Made by a program: the position numbers and the translations under genes. Shown one piece after another: positions 10,580-21,004 of a DNA stretch of 64,000 nucleotides. Below the pieces are notes generated by a model. The model was not told the origin of the DNA. It saw nothing but the letters and a program-made list of their open reading frames with translations, and searched no databases. How positions within the stretch are numbered: the stretch's first letter is position 1; every line of letters starts with the position of its first letter. The DNA is taken from contig JAZLCL010000015.1 in the NCBI GenBank assembly GCA_045614205.1, positions 11,120 to 75,119 on the forward strand. Reading direction: 5' to 3'. The stretch comes from Alistipes sp. (lineage in GTDB: Bacteria > Bacteroidota > Bacteroidia > Bacteroidales > Rikenellaceae).

Positions 10580-12109
10580 TTAGTGCTTAAAGTGACGCAT
10601 ACCCGTAACAAGCATCGTCATACCAAACTCATTGGCCTTCTTCACAGAGTCCTCATCACGAACGCTGCCACCAGGCTGCACAAGAGCTGTAACACCATAC
10701 TGCTGTGCCAAAGTTACGGTATCGTCGAATGGGAAGAAGCCATCAGAAGCCAATACAAGACCCTCTGTGAAACCTGCTGCCTGCGCCTGCTTCAACGCTA
10801 TCTCCGCAGAGCCAACACGGTTCATCTGACCAGCACCAACACCTATTGTGTGACCATCTTTAACAACAACGATGGCATTAGACTTAACATGCTTAACAAT
10901 GCGCCAGCCGAAGTTCATATCCTCAATCTCCGCAGCCGAAGGCTTACGCTGTGTCACACACATATCAGCAACAACCTCCTTGGTATCAGTGTCGAGCTTC
11001 TGAACAAGAAGACCTCCATTAACTGTCACATACTGTGTCTGCTCCATATCTGTTGACGACATGTCTACCTGCAAGAGACGAAGGTTCTTCTTTGTGCAGA
11101 GAATCTCAAGAGCCTCATCAGTGAATGATGGCGCCATGATGATCTCCAAGAAGATAGGCTTCATAAGCTCGGCAACCTCCTTGGTGATCTCTCTGTTAAC
11201 AGCAACGATACCGCCGAAGATGCTCACCGTATCAGCCTCGTATGCCTTCTGCCATGCCTCCTTGATATCCTTACCGATAGCGGCACCACAAGGGTTCATA
11301 TGCTTAAGGCCCACGGCAAATGGCTCGCTGAACTCACGAACGATATTAAGTGCAGCATTTGCATCCTGGATATTGTTATACGACATCTCCTTGCCGTTGA
11401 GCTGCTTCGCTGTAGCCAAAGAGTATGGAACACTCTCCGATGCTGCGTAGAACTTTGCCGACTGGTGTGGATTCTCGCCATAACGCAATGTCTGAACAAG
11501 GTCGAACGATGCAAAGAGTTTCTCGTTGAGCTCGGCCTGCTTACGCATATACGTTGCAATGCACATATCATACTCTGCAGTGTGCGTATATGCCTTTGCT
11601 GAAAGCTCGAGACGTGTAGCAAGAGTAGTATTACCACCCTCCTCAATCTCGGCAATGATGCGAGCATAGTCTGTAGGGTCGCATACCACGGTTACGTCGC
11701 GATAGTTCTTTGCTGCAGAACGCAACATTGATGGACCACCGATATCGATATTCTCGATGGCATCCTCCATCTTAACATCTGGCTTTGCGATAGTCTGACG
11801 GAAAGGATAGAGGTTTACGCATACCATGTCGATAAACTCAATAGAGTTCTCGCGCAACGCAGCAAGGTGGCTCTCATCGTCACGGCGTGCCAAAAGACCA
11901 CCATGAACCTTGGGATGAAGCGTCTTAACACGACCATCACAAATCTCGGGAAAGCCTGTAACATCGCTAATACCGATAGTCTCAACACCGCTATCCTCAA
12001 GAAGCTTCTGTGTACCTCCTGTAGCGATAATCTCCCAGCCCAAACGACGAAGATTGCTGCAAAACTCTACAACACCCGCCTTGTCGCTTACACTAACTAA
12101 TGCTCTCAT
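10580..12109 (-). CDS. purH: Bifunctional AICAR formyltransferase/IMP cyclohydrolase
   Basis: RALVSVSDK, GRVKTLHP, IDIGGPSM, LRYGENPHQ, SDGFFPF, GMRHFKH. Confidence 0.97.
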   Translation of the reverse strand: MRALVSVSDKAGVVEFCSNLRRLGWEIIATGGTQKLLEDSGVETIGISDVTGFPEICDGRVKTLHPKVHGGLLARRDDESHLAALRENSIEFIDMVCVNLYPFRQTIAKPDVKMEDAIENIDIGGPSMLRSAAKNYRDVTVVCDPTDYARIIAEIEEGGNTTLATRLELSAKAYTHTAEYDMCIATYMRKQAELNEKLFASFDLVQTLRYGENPHQSAKFYAASESVPYSLATAKQLNGKEMSYNNIQDANAALNIVREFSEPFAVGLKHMNPCGAAIGKDIKEAWQKAYEADTVSIFGGIVAVNREITKEVAELMKPIFLEIIMAPSFTDEALEILCTKKNLRLLQVDMSSTDMEQTQYVTVNGGLLVQKLDTDTKEVVADMCVTQRKPSAAEIEDMNFGWRIVKHVKSNAIVVVKDGHTIGVGAGQMNRVGSAEIALKQAQAAGFTEGLVLASDGFFPFDDTVTLAQQYGVTALVQPGGSVRDEDSVKKANEFGMTMLVTGMRHFKH

Positions 12110-12111
12110 AT

Positions 12112-12687
12112 TTAGAATTTCTTATTTATCAGTTTATTAATGGTCTTCACATAGAGTTTATGCTCTATGGCATGAATGAGGTTTGTGAGCTCCTCAATAT
12201 CGTTACCCTCATATACGATAGCTCCCTGGTCGATGATGCGACCACCGTCGAGTGTCTCGTCCACAAAGTGTGTTGTAGCGCCAAAGATCTTGACTCCATA
12301 CTCCACAGCATCCTGGATGGCATGAGCACCCTTGAACGAAGGCAACAACGATGGGTGGATGTTCACGATACGCTGCTCGTAGCGTTCCAAGAGCACCTTA
12401 CCCACAATACGCATATATCCTGCAAGGCATACATAGTCCACGCCACGTTCATCAAGCATCGTAGCAAGAACTGTCTCATAAGCCTCACGCGACTCATAAT
12501 CCTTGGGCGTAAAGGCAAAACTCTCTGTGCCATAACGCTTGGCACGTTCGAGGACCTTTGCGCCTGGCTTATCGCACACCAACAGCACCACCTCGGCATC
12601 GAGACGGCCATCGCGGCAAGCCTCGGCAATAGCCTCGTAGTTACTGCCACTGCCACTTGCGAAAACAGCCAAACGTGTCTTTCTCAT
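12112..12687 (-). CDS. purN: GAR formyltransferase
   Basis: FASGSGSN, LAGYMRI, NIHPSLLP. Confidence 0.96.
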   Translation of the reverse strand: MRKTRLAVFASGSGSNYEAIAEACRDGRLDAEVVLLVCDKPGAKVLERAKRYGTESFAFTPKDYESREAYETVLATMLDERGVDYVCLAGYMRIVGKVLLERYEQRIVNIHPSLLPSFKGAHAIQDAVEYGVKIFGATTHFVDETLDGGRIIDQGAIVYEGNDIEELTNLIHAIEHKLYVKTINKLINKKF

Positions 12688-12691
12688 AATA

Positions 12692-13720
12692 CTATAGGAT
12701 TGTTACGCCCTCACCCTCAACAACACGGCCGATGACTGAAGCACGTTCGCCACACTCTGCCAAGATATCAATTGCCTTCTGTGCATCTGCCTCTGGAAGG
12801 GCAATGACCATACCGATACCCATGTTGAAGATGTTGAACATCTCACGGTGACCCACATTACCATACTTCTCCAAAAGGCGGAATACAGGAAGAATCTCCC
12901 ATGAGCCCTCCTTAACCTCAACACCCTGACCCTCCTTAAGGATACGTGGGATGTTCTCGTCGAAACCTCCACCTGTGATATGGCTAATGCCGTGAACATC
13001 GCACTCTGCAATGACCTTCAACACCTGCTTAACATAGATGCGTGTAGGAGTCAAGAGCACCTCGCCAAGCTTACGGCCCTCGATCTCTGGGTATGTCTCG
13101 TCAAGCTTAAGACCGTTATCGCTAACAACCTTACGAACAAGGCTGAAACCATTTGAGTGAACACCGCTTGAGGCGATACCCACCAACACGTCACCGACCT
13201 TAACTCTCTCACCAGCATCGATAAGCTTTGAACGTTCTACAACGCCCACAGTGAAACCAGCTATGTCGTACTCGCCATCCTGGTACATACCTGGCATCTC
13301 GGCAGTCTCACCACCAACAAGAGCACAACCCGCCTGACGACAACCCTCGGCAACACCTGCAACGATAGCCTCAACCTTTGCTGGTTCATTGTGGCCTACA
13401 GCGACATAGTCCAAGAATACCAAAGGCTCGGCACCCTGTGCCAAGACATCGTTGACACACATAGCAACAGCATCGATACCGATAGTATCATGCTTATCCA
13501 TCTCAAAGGCGAGCTTAAGCTTTGTGCCCACGCCATCAGTACCGCTAACCAACACTGGCTCCTTGATGTTAAGAGCCGCGAGATCGAACATACCGCCAAA
13601 GGCACCGATGTTACCCATTGAACCAACACGCTTTGTAGATGATACGTGCGACTTGATGCGTCGTACAACTTCGTAGCCAGCCTCGAGATTTACGCCAGCT
13701 GCTTCATAACTTTTTGCCAT
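12692..13720 (-). CDS. purM: AIR synthetase
   Basis: [46 protein letters not shown]. Confidence 0.97.
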   Translation of the reverse strand: MAKSYEAAGVNLEAGYEVVRRIKSHVSSTKRVGSMGNIGAFGGMFDLAALNIKEPVLVSGTDGVGTKLKLAFEMDKHDTIGIDAVAMCVNDVLAQGAEPLVFLDYVAVGHNEPAKVEAIVAGVAEGCRQAGCALVGGETAEMPGMYQDGEYDIAGFTVGVVERSKLIDAGERVKVGDVLVGIASSGVHSNGFSLVRKVVSDNGLKLDETYPEIEGRKLGEVLLTPTRIYVKQVLKVIAECDVHGISHITGGGFDENIPRILKEGQGVEVKEGSWEILPVFRLLEKYGNVGHREMFNIFNMGIGMVIALPEADAQKAIDILAECGERASVIGRVVEGEGVTIL

Positions 13721-13735
13721 ATCCTTATATTTTTA

Positions 13736-15139
13736 TTATTTATTATTCAACTTATTGTGGTACAACGATGTTGGATAGCAGCCGTTGAAGCATGCCATAC
13801 ACAACTCCGAACGATTACCCGACTTGAGCAACGACTCCTCCGAGAGGAACTCCAACGAGTCGGCCTCGATAGCCTTACATGCCTCATCCTTCGACATACG
13901 CGCACAGAGTAGCTCCTCGCGTGTAGACATATCGATGCCATAGAAGCATGGATTGGTGATTGCGGGGCTGGCGATACGCACATGTACCTCTTTGGCACCT
14001 GCCTCCTTCAACAAGCGCACAATACGCAACGATGTGGTACCACGCACGATAGAGTCGTCGATAAGCACTACCGACTTATCCTTAACCAGAGAACGTACTG
14101 CCGAGAGCTTCATGCGCACACCCTTCTCGCGCATCTCCTGTGATGGCTGGATGAAGGTACGTGCAATATACTTATTCTTAATAAGTCCCATCTCATATGG
14201 GATACCACTAGCCTCCGAGTAACCGATAGCAGCACTTATACTTGAGTCAGGAACGCCGATAACAACATCTGCCTTGGTTGGGCGCTGCTCATAGAGGTAA
14301 CGACCCGAGAGCTTACGGAACGAGTGTACGTTGCAACCCTCAATATCGCTATCAGGGCGTGCAAAGTAGATATACTCCATAGCACACATCAGGTGACGCT
14401 GGTAACGTGAGTAGTAGTTAGAACGGATGCCGTGATGGTCGATGGTGATAATCTCACCTGGTTCAACATCGCGGATGTACTCCGCACCGACGATATCCAA
14501 GGCACATGTCTCCGAGCTGATGACATAACCATCACCGAGCTTACCGATGGCCAATGGGCGCAAACCATGCTTATCACGACAAGCGTAGATACGGTTCTTT
14601 GTCATGATGAGGAAGGCAAAGGCACCCTCGATCATATTCAACGCCTCGATGATATTATCAATACGCTTATCCTCGCAGTTATCCTTCTTCACGAGGTGCG
14701 CCAAGAGCTCACTATCAGATGATGAGTGAAAGAGGCTACCACGCACCTCAAGATACTGCGCCAACTCGCGCGAGTTTACAAGGTTACCATTATGTGCAAG
14801 AGCAAAGTCACCAGTATGGTGGTTGAATGAGAAGGGCTGCACATTGTTTGCACCGCCACCGCCCGTTGTTGAGTAGCGCACATGACCGATAGCGATATGA
14901 CCTTTGAGCTTCGAGAGCTTCTGCTGGTTGAACACCTCGGTAACGAGACCCTCACCCTTAACAGTATTTAGCTTGTCGCCATCAAAGGCCGAGATACCAC
15001 ACGCCTCCTGACCACGGTGCTGCAGTGCATGCAGACCATAGTAGGCAAGATTGGGGGCATCGTTAACGCCGAAAATACCAAACACACCACACTCCTCGTG
15101 CAGGTCATCGCCATATATATCCAATGAATCCTTAAGCAT
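13736..15139 (-). CDS. purF: Amidophosphoribosyltransferase (propeptide, Fe-S type)
   Basis: EECGVFG after a propeptide, QHRGQE, GHVRYST, DDSIVRGTT, PCFYGID, C-terminal CMAC. Confidence 0.97.
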   Translation of the reverse strand: MLKDSLDIYGDDLHEECGVFGIFGVNDAPNLAYYGLHALQHRGQEACGISAFDGDKLNTVKGEGLVTEVFNQQKLSKLKGHIAIGHVRYSTTGGGGANNVQPFSFNHHTGDFALAHNGNLVNSRELAQYLEVRGSLFHSSSDSELLAHLVKKDNCEDKRIDNIIEALNMIEGAFAFLIMTKNRIYACRDKHGLRPLAIGKLGDGYVISSETCALDIVGAEYIRDVEPGEIITIDHHGIRSNYYSRYQRHLMCAMEYIYFARPDSDIEGCNVHSFRKLSGRYLYEQRPTKADVVIGVPDSSISAAIGYSEASGIPYEMGLIKNKYIARTFIQPSQEMREKGVRMKLSAVRSLVKDKSVVLIDDSIVRGTTSLRIVRLLKEAGAKEVHVRIASPAITNPCFYGIDMSTREELLCARMSKDEACKAIEADSLEFLSEESLLKSGNRSELCMACFNGCYPTSLYHNKLNNK

Positions 15140-15144
15140 ACCTA

Positions 15145-15864
15145 TTATTTATTTAGTGCGTTGTGGAGGCGTTCTGCAACCTCCTCATATGTCTCACGTA
15201 CACGACCGAGGTCACGACGGAAGCGATCCTTATCCATACGTTCGCCTGTTGCCTTATCCCAGAGGCGGCAAGTGTCGGGCGAGAGCTCATCGGCCAAGAC
15301 GAGTGAACCATCAGCAGCACGACCGAACTCAATCTTGAAGTCCACGACGGTGATGCCAACCTTCTCGTACAACTCGATAAGGCTCTTGTTGATGCTTGCC
15401 GACATTTCGTACATCTTGGCAAGCTCATCGTAGCTCAATAGACCGAGAGCCACAGCATGGTGATCGTTGATGAGTGGATCTCCAAGGTCGCTACGGCGCA
15501 AGCATAGGTCAAAGATAGTATTCTCGGGGACTATACCCTCATCAAGACCGAGTCGCTTGGCCATAGAGCCTGCTACGACATTGCGCACGATAACCTCAAC
15601 GGGCACATGCTCAACAACACGGCATAGCTGGCCATCGTCACCCACTCGTTCAACGAAGTGGGTGCTGATGCCTTTGTCATTAAGATAGTCGAGAACCATA
15701 GATGAGATGTCGCAGGTCAAACGACCCTTGTTCTCGATGATCGCACGCTTAATATTATAGAATGCCGCAGTGTCATCCTTGAAGCGCACGATGACATGAT
15801 CAAGACTATCCGTCTTATATATCTGCTTACTCTTACCCTCGTAGAGTAGTTCCAACTGATTCAT
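15145..15864 (-). CDS. purC: SAICAR synthetase (short type)
   Basis: LYEGKSK, VEVIVRN, DFKIEFG, LADELSPDTCRLWD, DKDRFR. Confidence 0.96.
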   Translation of the reverse strand: MNQLELLYEGKSKQIYKTDSLDHVIVRFKDDTAAFYNIKRAIIENKGRLTCDISSMVLDYLNDKGISTHFVERVGDDGQLCRVVEHVPVEVIVRNVVAGSMAKRLGLDEGIVPENTIFDLCLRRSDLGDPLINDHHAVALGLLSYDELAKMYEMSASINKSLIELYEKVGITVVDFKIEFGRAADGSLVLADELSPDTCRLWDKATGERMDKDRFRRDLGRVRETYEEVAERLHNALNK

Positions 15865-15869
15865 ACTCG

Positions 15870-18800
15870 TTATCGGTTAAGGAAGTAGTTAACAGCATTA
15901 GAGAAGATATCCTGAACCTTCTGGCCGTGGATATTCTTCATCAAGTCGCGCTCGTAGCGTTCTGTGTGGCCCATCTTACCGAGGATCTGACCCGATGGGT
16001 CGATGATACCCTCGATACCGAAGCACGAACCGTTAGGATTGTATGGCGAGTCAGTCGTTGGGCGATTCTCCGCGTCAACATACTGGAATGCCACCTGACC
16101 ATTGCGGAAGAGCTGCTCGGCCATAACATCGCTAACAACGAACTTACCCTCACCGTGGCTAACAGCGATAGAGTGTATATCACCCACCTGGAATGACTTC
16201 AACCATGGTGAGGCAGTTGTGCCGACACGTGTTGAGACAATCTGCGAGATGTGACGGTTGATATCGTTGCGGAACAATGTTGGAGACTCCTTGGTTACCA
16301 TGCCGAGGCGACCATAAGGCAAGAGACCCGACTTAACTAACGCCTGGAAACCGTTACATATACCGAGCATCAAACCACCACGGTCGAGCAACGCATGGAT
16401 GGCATCTGCCACATCCTTATTATTAAGAACATTTGCGATGAACTTACCGCTACCATCGGGCTCATCACCTGCCGAGAAGCCACCACTCAACGCCATGACA
16501 TGGCACTTCGAGATGTTCTCAACCATCTCCTTGATAGATGTCAATACATCGGCACCTGTGAGGTTCTTGAATACCGAGATAACAACCTCAGCGCCGGCAC
16601 GCTGGAAGGCACGCGCTGTATCGTAGTCGCAGTTAGTACCTGGGAATACAGGCAGATATACACGAACCTTATCTACCTTCTCACCCTCATACTTCTTAAC
16701 GAAGCCCTTACCATCGCTTACACGTGTAGGCTCGCCACTCTTACCCTTGTCAGCATATACCGTTGTATACTTCTCGGTATTTGCCTCGAGCAACTCATCA
16801 AGAGGCAAGCGTGTGCCATTAACGAAGATAGCCTCCTCGTCAACAGTGCAACCGATAAGCTCGGCATTAGGATGGTTAAGCGTACGGCGGCTCTCAACAA
16901 CGATAGAACCATATGAGTAGTCGTAGAGCATCTGCTCGTCGCACTCAACAGCAGCACCAACTCTATTACCAAACGACATCTTGGCGATAGCCTCGGCAAT
17001 ACCACCATTGCCCACTGCCCATGCAGCAACGATATCGCCCTCGGCGATCTTCTTCGACACGAAGTCGAAGTTAGACTTCAAGCACTCGGTAGATGGCATA
17101 TAGTTCGACTCGGGAGTGTGACGTATTACATATATCTTATTATCTGCACTCTTAAACTCTGGGCTGATGACCGTACGAGCATCCACAGTAGTGATACCGA
17201 AGGCCATAAGCATTGGAGGCACGTTGATATCGCGGAATGTACCACTCATAGAGTCCTTACCACCGATAGATGGCAAGCCGAGCTCAACCTGCATCTTCAA
17301 CGCACCGAGCAACGCTGCCATAGGCTTACCCCATGACTTATCGTCAGTCATACGTTCGAAGTACTCCTGGTATGAGAAGCGCATATTGTCGTAGCGTGCA
17401 CCCGCAGCTACAACCTTGGCACAAGCATCAACAACGGCATATGCAGCACCGTGATATGGGCTCCACTTTGCGATATATGGGTTATAACCATAAGCCATGA
17501 TACTTGCTGTGTTCGTGAAGCCACCACCCACAGGCAACTTCTGAACAGACACCTGTGTCTCTGTGCACTGTGTCTTACCGCCATAAGGCATCAAGACTGT
17601 TGAAGCACCGATTGTAGAGTCGAACATCTCGACAAGACCCTTCTGTGATACGACATTGTCGTCAGAGAGGTTTGTCTTCATGCGCTTTGTTGTTGTAGCG
17701 CCCTCGATGTTACGAACGAATGGATTGCGGTTCTCGACCTCGCCTAGGCGCACCTTTGTGTAGTGCTTTGCACCTGCCGAGTCGATGAAGTCACGCGACA
17801 GGTCAACAACAACCTTATCGCCCCAATACATGCGCATACGGCGTGTATCGGTAACATCCGCAACATATGTAACCTCAACATTCTCCTCGCCACAGAGTGC
17901 CATGAACTGCTCCATATCCTTGCGTTCGATGACCACAGACATACGTTCCTGCGACTCACTGATGGCGAGCTCCGAGAAGTTAAGACCATTATACTTTGTA
18001 GGCACACGGTCGAGGTAGATATCCAAGCCATCGGTAAGCTCTCCGATAGCAACACTAACACCACCAGCACCAAAATCGTTTGACTTTTTGATTAGACGAG
18101 TAACATCGCCACGACGGAACAGGCGTGCAAGCTTACGTTCCTCGGGAGCATTACCCTTCTGCACCTCCGAGCTACACTCCTCGAGTGAACTCAACGTGTG
18201 CTCCTTTGATGAGCCTGTGGCACCACCTACGCCATCACGACCCGTGCGACCACCAAGCAAAAGGACTACATCGCCTGGCGCAGGGCTCTCGCGGCGAACA
18301 TTGTCAGCCTTAACAGCACCCACAACGGCACCTACCTCAAGACGCTTCGCAACATAGTCGGGGTGGTATACCTCACGAACATGTGTTGTAGCCAAACCTA
18401 TCTGGTTACCGTAGCTCGAGTAACCCGCAGCAGCCTTTGTAGAGATGATGCGCTGTGGCAACTTACCCTCCATAGTCTGATCCACAGGCTTATAGATATC
18501 GCCAGCGCCAGTAACACGCATAGCCTGGTATACGTAGCTACGACCTGACAATGGGTCACGAATGGCGCCACCAAGACATGTAGATGCACCACCAAAAGGC
18601 TCAATCTCTGTTGGGTGGTTGTGTGTCTCATTCTTGAACTGCAATAACCACTTCTCCATAACGCCATCAACATCCACGTTCACGAAGATGCTGCAAGCGT
18701 TGTTCTCCTCACTCTGCTCCATATCGTCGAGCTTACCGTGCTTACGAAGGTAGCGAGCACCGATAGTGGCGAGCTCCATAAGGCAGAGACTCTTATTCTC

Positions 18801-19577
18801 ACGACCGAGCTCCGCACGGATATTACGCATAAGTTCCAAAGAGCCCTCGAACTCCTCCTTCATGAACGACTCATCGAGGGTTATCTCCTCAATCTCGGTA
18901 GTGAAGGTGGTGTGACGGCAGTGGTCACTCCAGTAAGTATCCAATATGCGCAACTCTGTCTCTACAGGATCGCGACCCTCCTCACGGAAGTAGTTAACAA
19001 CCTCGCGGAGGTCATCAGCATTCATAGCCAAGCCATTCTCCTTGCAGTATGTCACGAGCTCCTCGTCGTTCATATTACGGAAACCATCGAGCACAGCCAC
19101 AGGCTTAACCTCGGCACTCTCATTATCCGACAACACCTCAAGGTTCTTCTTGCGTGACTCCACAGCGTTGATCAAGTACTTCTCGATGCGCTGCATAGCC
19201 TCGGCATCGACACTCTTATCGAAGATGTAGAGGCGTGATGACTTAATCTTAACCTCAGCATTAGGCTCGATGAGGTGTACGCAGTCAACAGCCGATGCAG
19301 CACGCTGGTCGAACTGACCGGGGAGGAACTCGACAGCGAGACATGGCATGCCCTCCGTGTCACACTCATCAGTAACAGCATCTGTGACAACCTCACCAAA
19401 GACGCTATAACGGCTCTTCTCGAGAAGCTCCTCCGAGAAGCCAAAGAGGTCGTAGACATTAACGAAACGCAAGTGCTCGATATTTAGACCGAGGTTTGTG
19501 TTTAACTCCTTGCGCAACGTCTCGGCCTCAACCTGGAAACGTGAATATTTTTCAACAAATATGCGGCGATTCTTCAT
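15870..19577 (-). CDS. purL: FGAM synthase, fused large form
   Basis: TYWSDHCRH, KNETHNHP, VQKGNAPEE, glutaminase GGFSAGDEPDG, GICNGFQ, GKMGHTER. Confidence 0.96.
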   Translation of the reverse strand: MKNRRIFVEKYSRFQVEAETLRKELNTNLGLNIEHLRFVNVYDLFGFSEELLEKSRYSVFGEVVTDAVTDECDTEGMPCLAVEFLPGQFDQRAASAVDCVHLIEPNAEVKIKSSRLYIFDKSVDAEAMQRIEKYLINAVESRKKNLEVLSDNESAEVKPVAVLDGFRNMNDEELVTYCKENGLAMNADDLREVVNYFREEGRDPVETELRILDTYWSDHCRHTTFTTEIEEITLDESFMKEEFEGSLELMRNIRAELGRENKSLCLMELATIGARYLRKHGKLDDMEQSEENNACSIFVNVDVDGVMEKWLLQFKNETHNHPTEIEPFGGASTCLGGAIRDPLSGRSYVYQAMRVTGAGDIYKPVDQTMEGKLPQRIISTKAAAGYSSYGNQIGLATTHVREVYHPDYVAKRLEVGAVVGAVKADNVRRESPAPGDVVLLLGGRTGRDGVGGATGSSKEHTLSSLEECSSEVQKGNAPEERKLARLFRRGDVTRLIKKSNDFGAGGVSVAIGELTDGLDIYLDRVPTKYNGLNFSELAISESQERMSVVIERKDMEQFMALCGEENVEVTYVADVTDTRRMRMYWGDKVVVDLSRDFIDSAGAKHYTKVRLGEVENRNPFVRNIEGATTTKRMKTNLSDDNVVSQKGLVEMFDSTIGASTVLMPYGGKTQCTETQVSVQKLPVGGGFTNTASIMAYGYNPYIAKWSPYHGAAYAVVDACAKVVAAGARYDNMRFSYQEYFERMTDDKSWGKPMAALLGALKMQVELGLPSIGGKDSMSGTFRDINVPPMLMAFGITTVDARTVISPEFKSADNKIYVIRHTPESNYMPSTECLKSNFDFVSKKIAEGDIVAAWAVGNGGIAEAIAKMSFGNRVGAAVECDEQMLYDYSYGSIVVESRRTLNHPNAELIGCTVDEEAIFVNGTRLPLDELLEANTEKYTTVYADKGKSGEPTRVSDGKGFVKKYEGEKVDKVRVYLPVFPGTNCDYDTARAFQRAGAEVVISVFKNLTGADVLTSIKEMVENISKCHVMALSGGFSAGDEPDGSGKFIANVLNNKDVADAIHALLDRGGLMLGICNGFQALVKSGLLPYGRLGMVTKESPTLFRNDINRHISQIVSTRVGTTASPWLKSFQVGDIHSIAVSHGEGKFVVSDVMAEQLFRNGQVAFQYVDAENRPTTDSPYNPNGSCFGIEGIIDPSGQILGKMGHTERYERDLMKNIHGQKVQDIFSNAVNYFLNR

Positions 19578-19607
19578 AATCGTTTGTTTGTCGTTAGTCG
19601 TTAATTA

Positions 19608-20075
19608 TTACAACTCTGCTTCGAGCACCTTCTCTGTCTGTGCCTTGCGGAAGGCCTCTAGGCGCGCCTCCAAAGCCTTATCTGTGAGTGCAAAGATTGA
19701 TGCAGCGATAAGCGCAGCATTCTTTGCGCCGTTGATTGCTGTAGTAGATACAGGGATACCACCAGGCATCTGAACGATAGAGAGCAATGAATCCAAACCA
19801 CCGAGAGCCGATGTCTTGATAGGCACGCCGATGACAGGTACAGTTGTTAGAGCCGCTGTGACACCCGCAACATGCGCCGCACCACCAGCACCAGCGATGA
19901 TAGCGCCGATACCGCGCTCACGAGCTGTTGTGGCATACTCAAACATGAGGTGGGGAGTGCGGTGTGCGCTGATGACACGCTTCTCATACTCAATACCCAA
20001 CTCCTCTAAAGTCTCGACTGCGGCCTTCATAATATCCCAGTCGCTAGTAGAACCCATGATAACTGCTACTTTCAT
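19608..20075 (-). CDS. purE: N5-CAIR mutase / AIR carboxylase
   Basis: [37 protein letters not shown]. Confidence 0.96.
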   Translation of the reverse strand: MKVAVIMGSTSDWDIMKAAVETLEELGIEYEKRVISAHRTPHLMFEYATTARERGIGAIIAGAGGAAHVAGVTAALTTVPVIGVPIKTSALGGLDSLLSIVQMPGGIPVSTTAINGAKNAALIAASIFALTDKALEARLEAFRKAQTEKVLEAEL

Positions 20076-20104
20076 AATTTTGATATTTTAAATTTATACT
20101 ATTT

Positions 20105-20143
20105 CAAAACAAACGACCGCCAACACATTATGTATCAGCGGTC
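20105..20143 (-). terminator. Attenuator-like terminator in the pur operon leader
   Basis: Minus-strand GACCGCUGAUACA-UAA-UGUGUUGGCGGUC (13 bp with G-U pairs) followed by GUUUGUUUUG, lying between the promoter and purE. Confidence 0.6.
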
Positions 20144-20149
20144 TATATC

Positions 20150-20323
20150 CTATATTTCAATATTTTGCACTCTCTGAATAGCCACAGCATATGCACCTGA
20201 TGCCACGCCCATCTGCTTTCGATGAGCCGCAGGAACGATGTTTTGCTGCATCATCCTTTGCGTCGTCGCCGAGCAAACATCAAGCGACATATTTGGCTGG
20301 GGATATCCTCTCTTTATATTCAT
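20150..20323 (-). CDS. Putative 57-aa leader peptide (MNIKRGYPQPNMSLDVCSATTQRMMQQNIVPAAHRKQMGVASGAYAVAIQRVQNIEI)
   Basis: Translated by hand; the ATG is 4 nt after the TATCTTTG box and the stop is 6 nt before the hairpin; too short for the ORF track. Confidence 0.4.
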   Translation of the reverse strand: MNIKRGYPQPNMSLDVCSATTQRMMQQNIVPAAHRKQMGVASGAYAVAIQRVQNIEI

Positions 20324-20327
20324 GCAA

Positions 20328-20335
20328 CAAAGATA
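20328..20335 (-). promoter_or_regulatory. -7 promoter element (TATCTTTG) of the pur operon
   Basis: TAnnTTTG consensus with an AT-rich upstream region. Confidence 0.7.
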
Positions 20336-20418
20336 GCATTTATTTCGCGATTATAAAAATGTGTTATGCACTTTTTTCAACTTTTTTTTAACAATCGCAA
20401 AGATGCCTCCGTGTCGCA

Positions 20419-20991
20419 CTACTCGCCATCCCTACATCGGTCACACCAGCGCTTGTAGCCCACAACAGCCAAGATGCAGTATAGGGTGTAGAGAGCAGCC
20501 GTCAGCGGTATGCCCTTGTAGATATACAATCCTACGCTTATCATATCGACAACGAGCCATACGAGCCACTGCTCGATATACTTTCGCGACAGCATCCACA
20601 TAGCCACAATGCTCAACGCCGTAGACATGGAGTCGAGGAGTGGCACACGGCTATCAGTAAACTCGGTGAGCACAAAATACATCGCCACGTGAAGCACTGC
20701 ATACGTAACCAAAAGAGGCAGCACAAGTCTCAATGGCGTATGCACAACCCTACCCTCCTCCTTGTCTACCGGCTTACGCAACCATACCACAAGGCCATAG
20801 ATGCCGGCAAGCACGTAGTATAACTGCATCGCCGCATCGGCATAAATACCCTTTGATAGGTAGAGGACACCATGCACAAGAGGCATGACAGCACCGACAA
20901 CCCACACCCAGATATTAACCTTATACTCGAGCCACAGATAGAGAAGGCCGAGTGCGACACCAACAATTTGAAGAATAAGTGTTAAGTCCAT
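20419..20991 (-). CDS. pnuC: PnuC-family vitamin transporter, probably thiamine (PnuT)
   Basis: Multi-TM protein with LDS..TALSIVAMWML.RKYIEQWLVW..VD; downstream of a TPP riboswitch and TonB receptor. Confidence 0.9.
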   Translation of the reverse strand: MDLTLILQIVGVALGLLYLWLEYKVNIWVWVVGAVMPLVHGVLYLSKGIYADAAMQLYYVLAGIYGLVVWLRKPVDKEEGRVVHTPLRLVLPLLVTYAVLHVAMYFVLTEFTDSRVPLLDSMSTALSIVAMWMLSRKYIEQWLVWLVVDMISVGLYIYKGIPLTAALYTLYCILAVVGYKRWCDRCRDGE

Positions 20992-21004
20992 AATTATCTT
21001 TAGT

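Noticed and set aside
20076-20330. Known purine, ZTP or PRPP riboswitch upstream of purE
   Set aside because: None of the diagnostic cores (UUUCUACC, GACUGGCG...GCCUGGGC, ykkC-type 3' tail) is visible; an Rfam scan would be decisive
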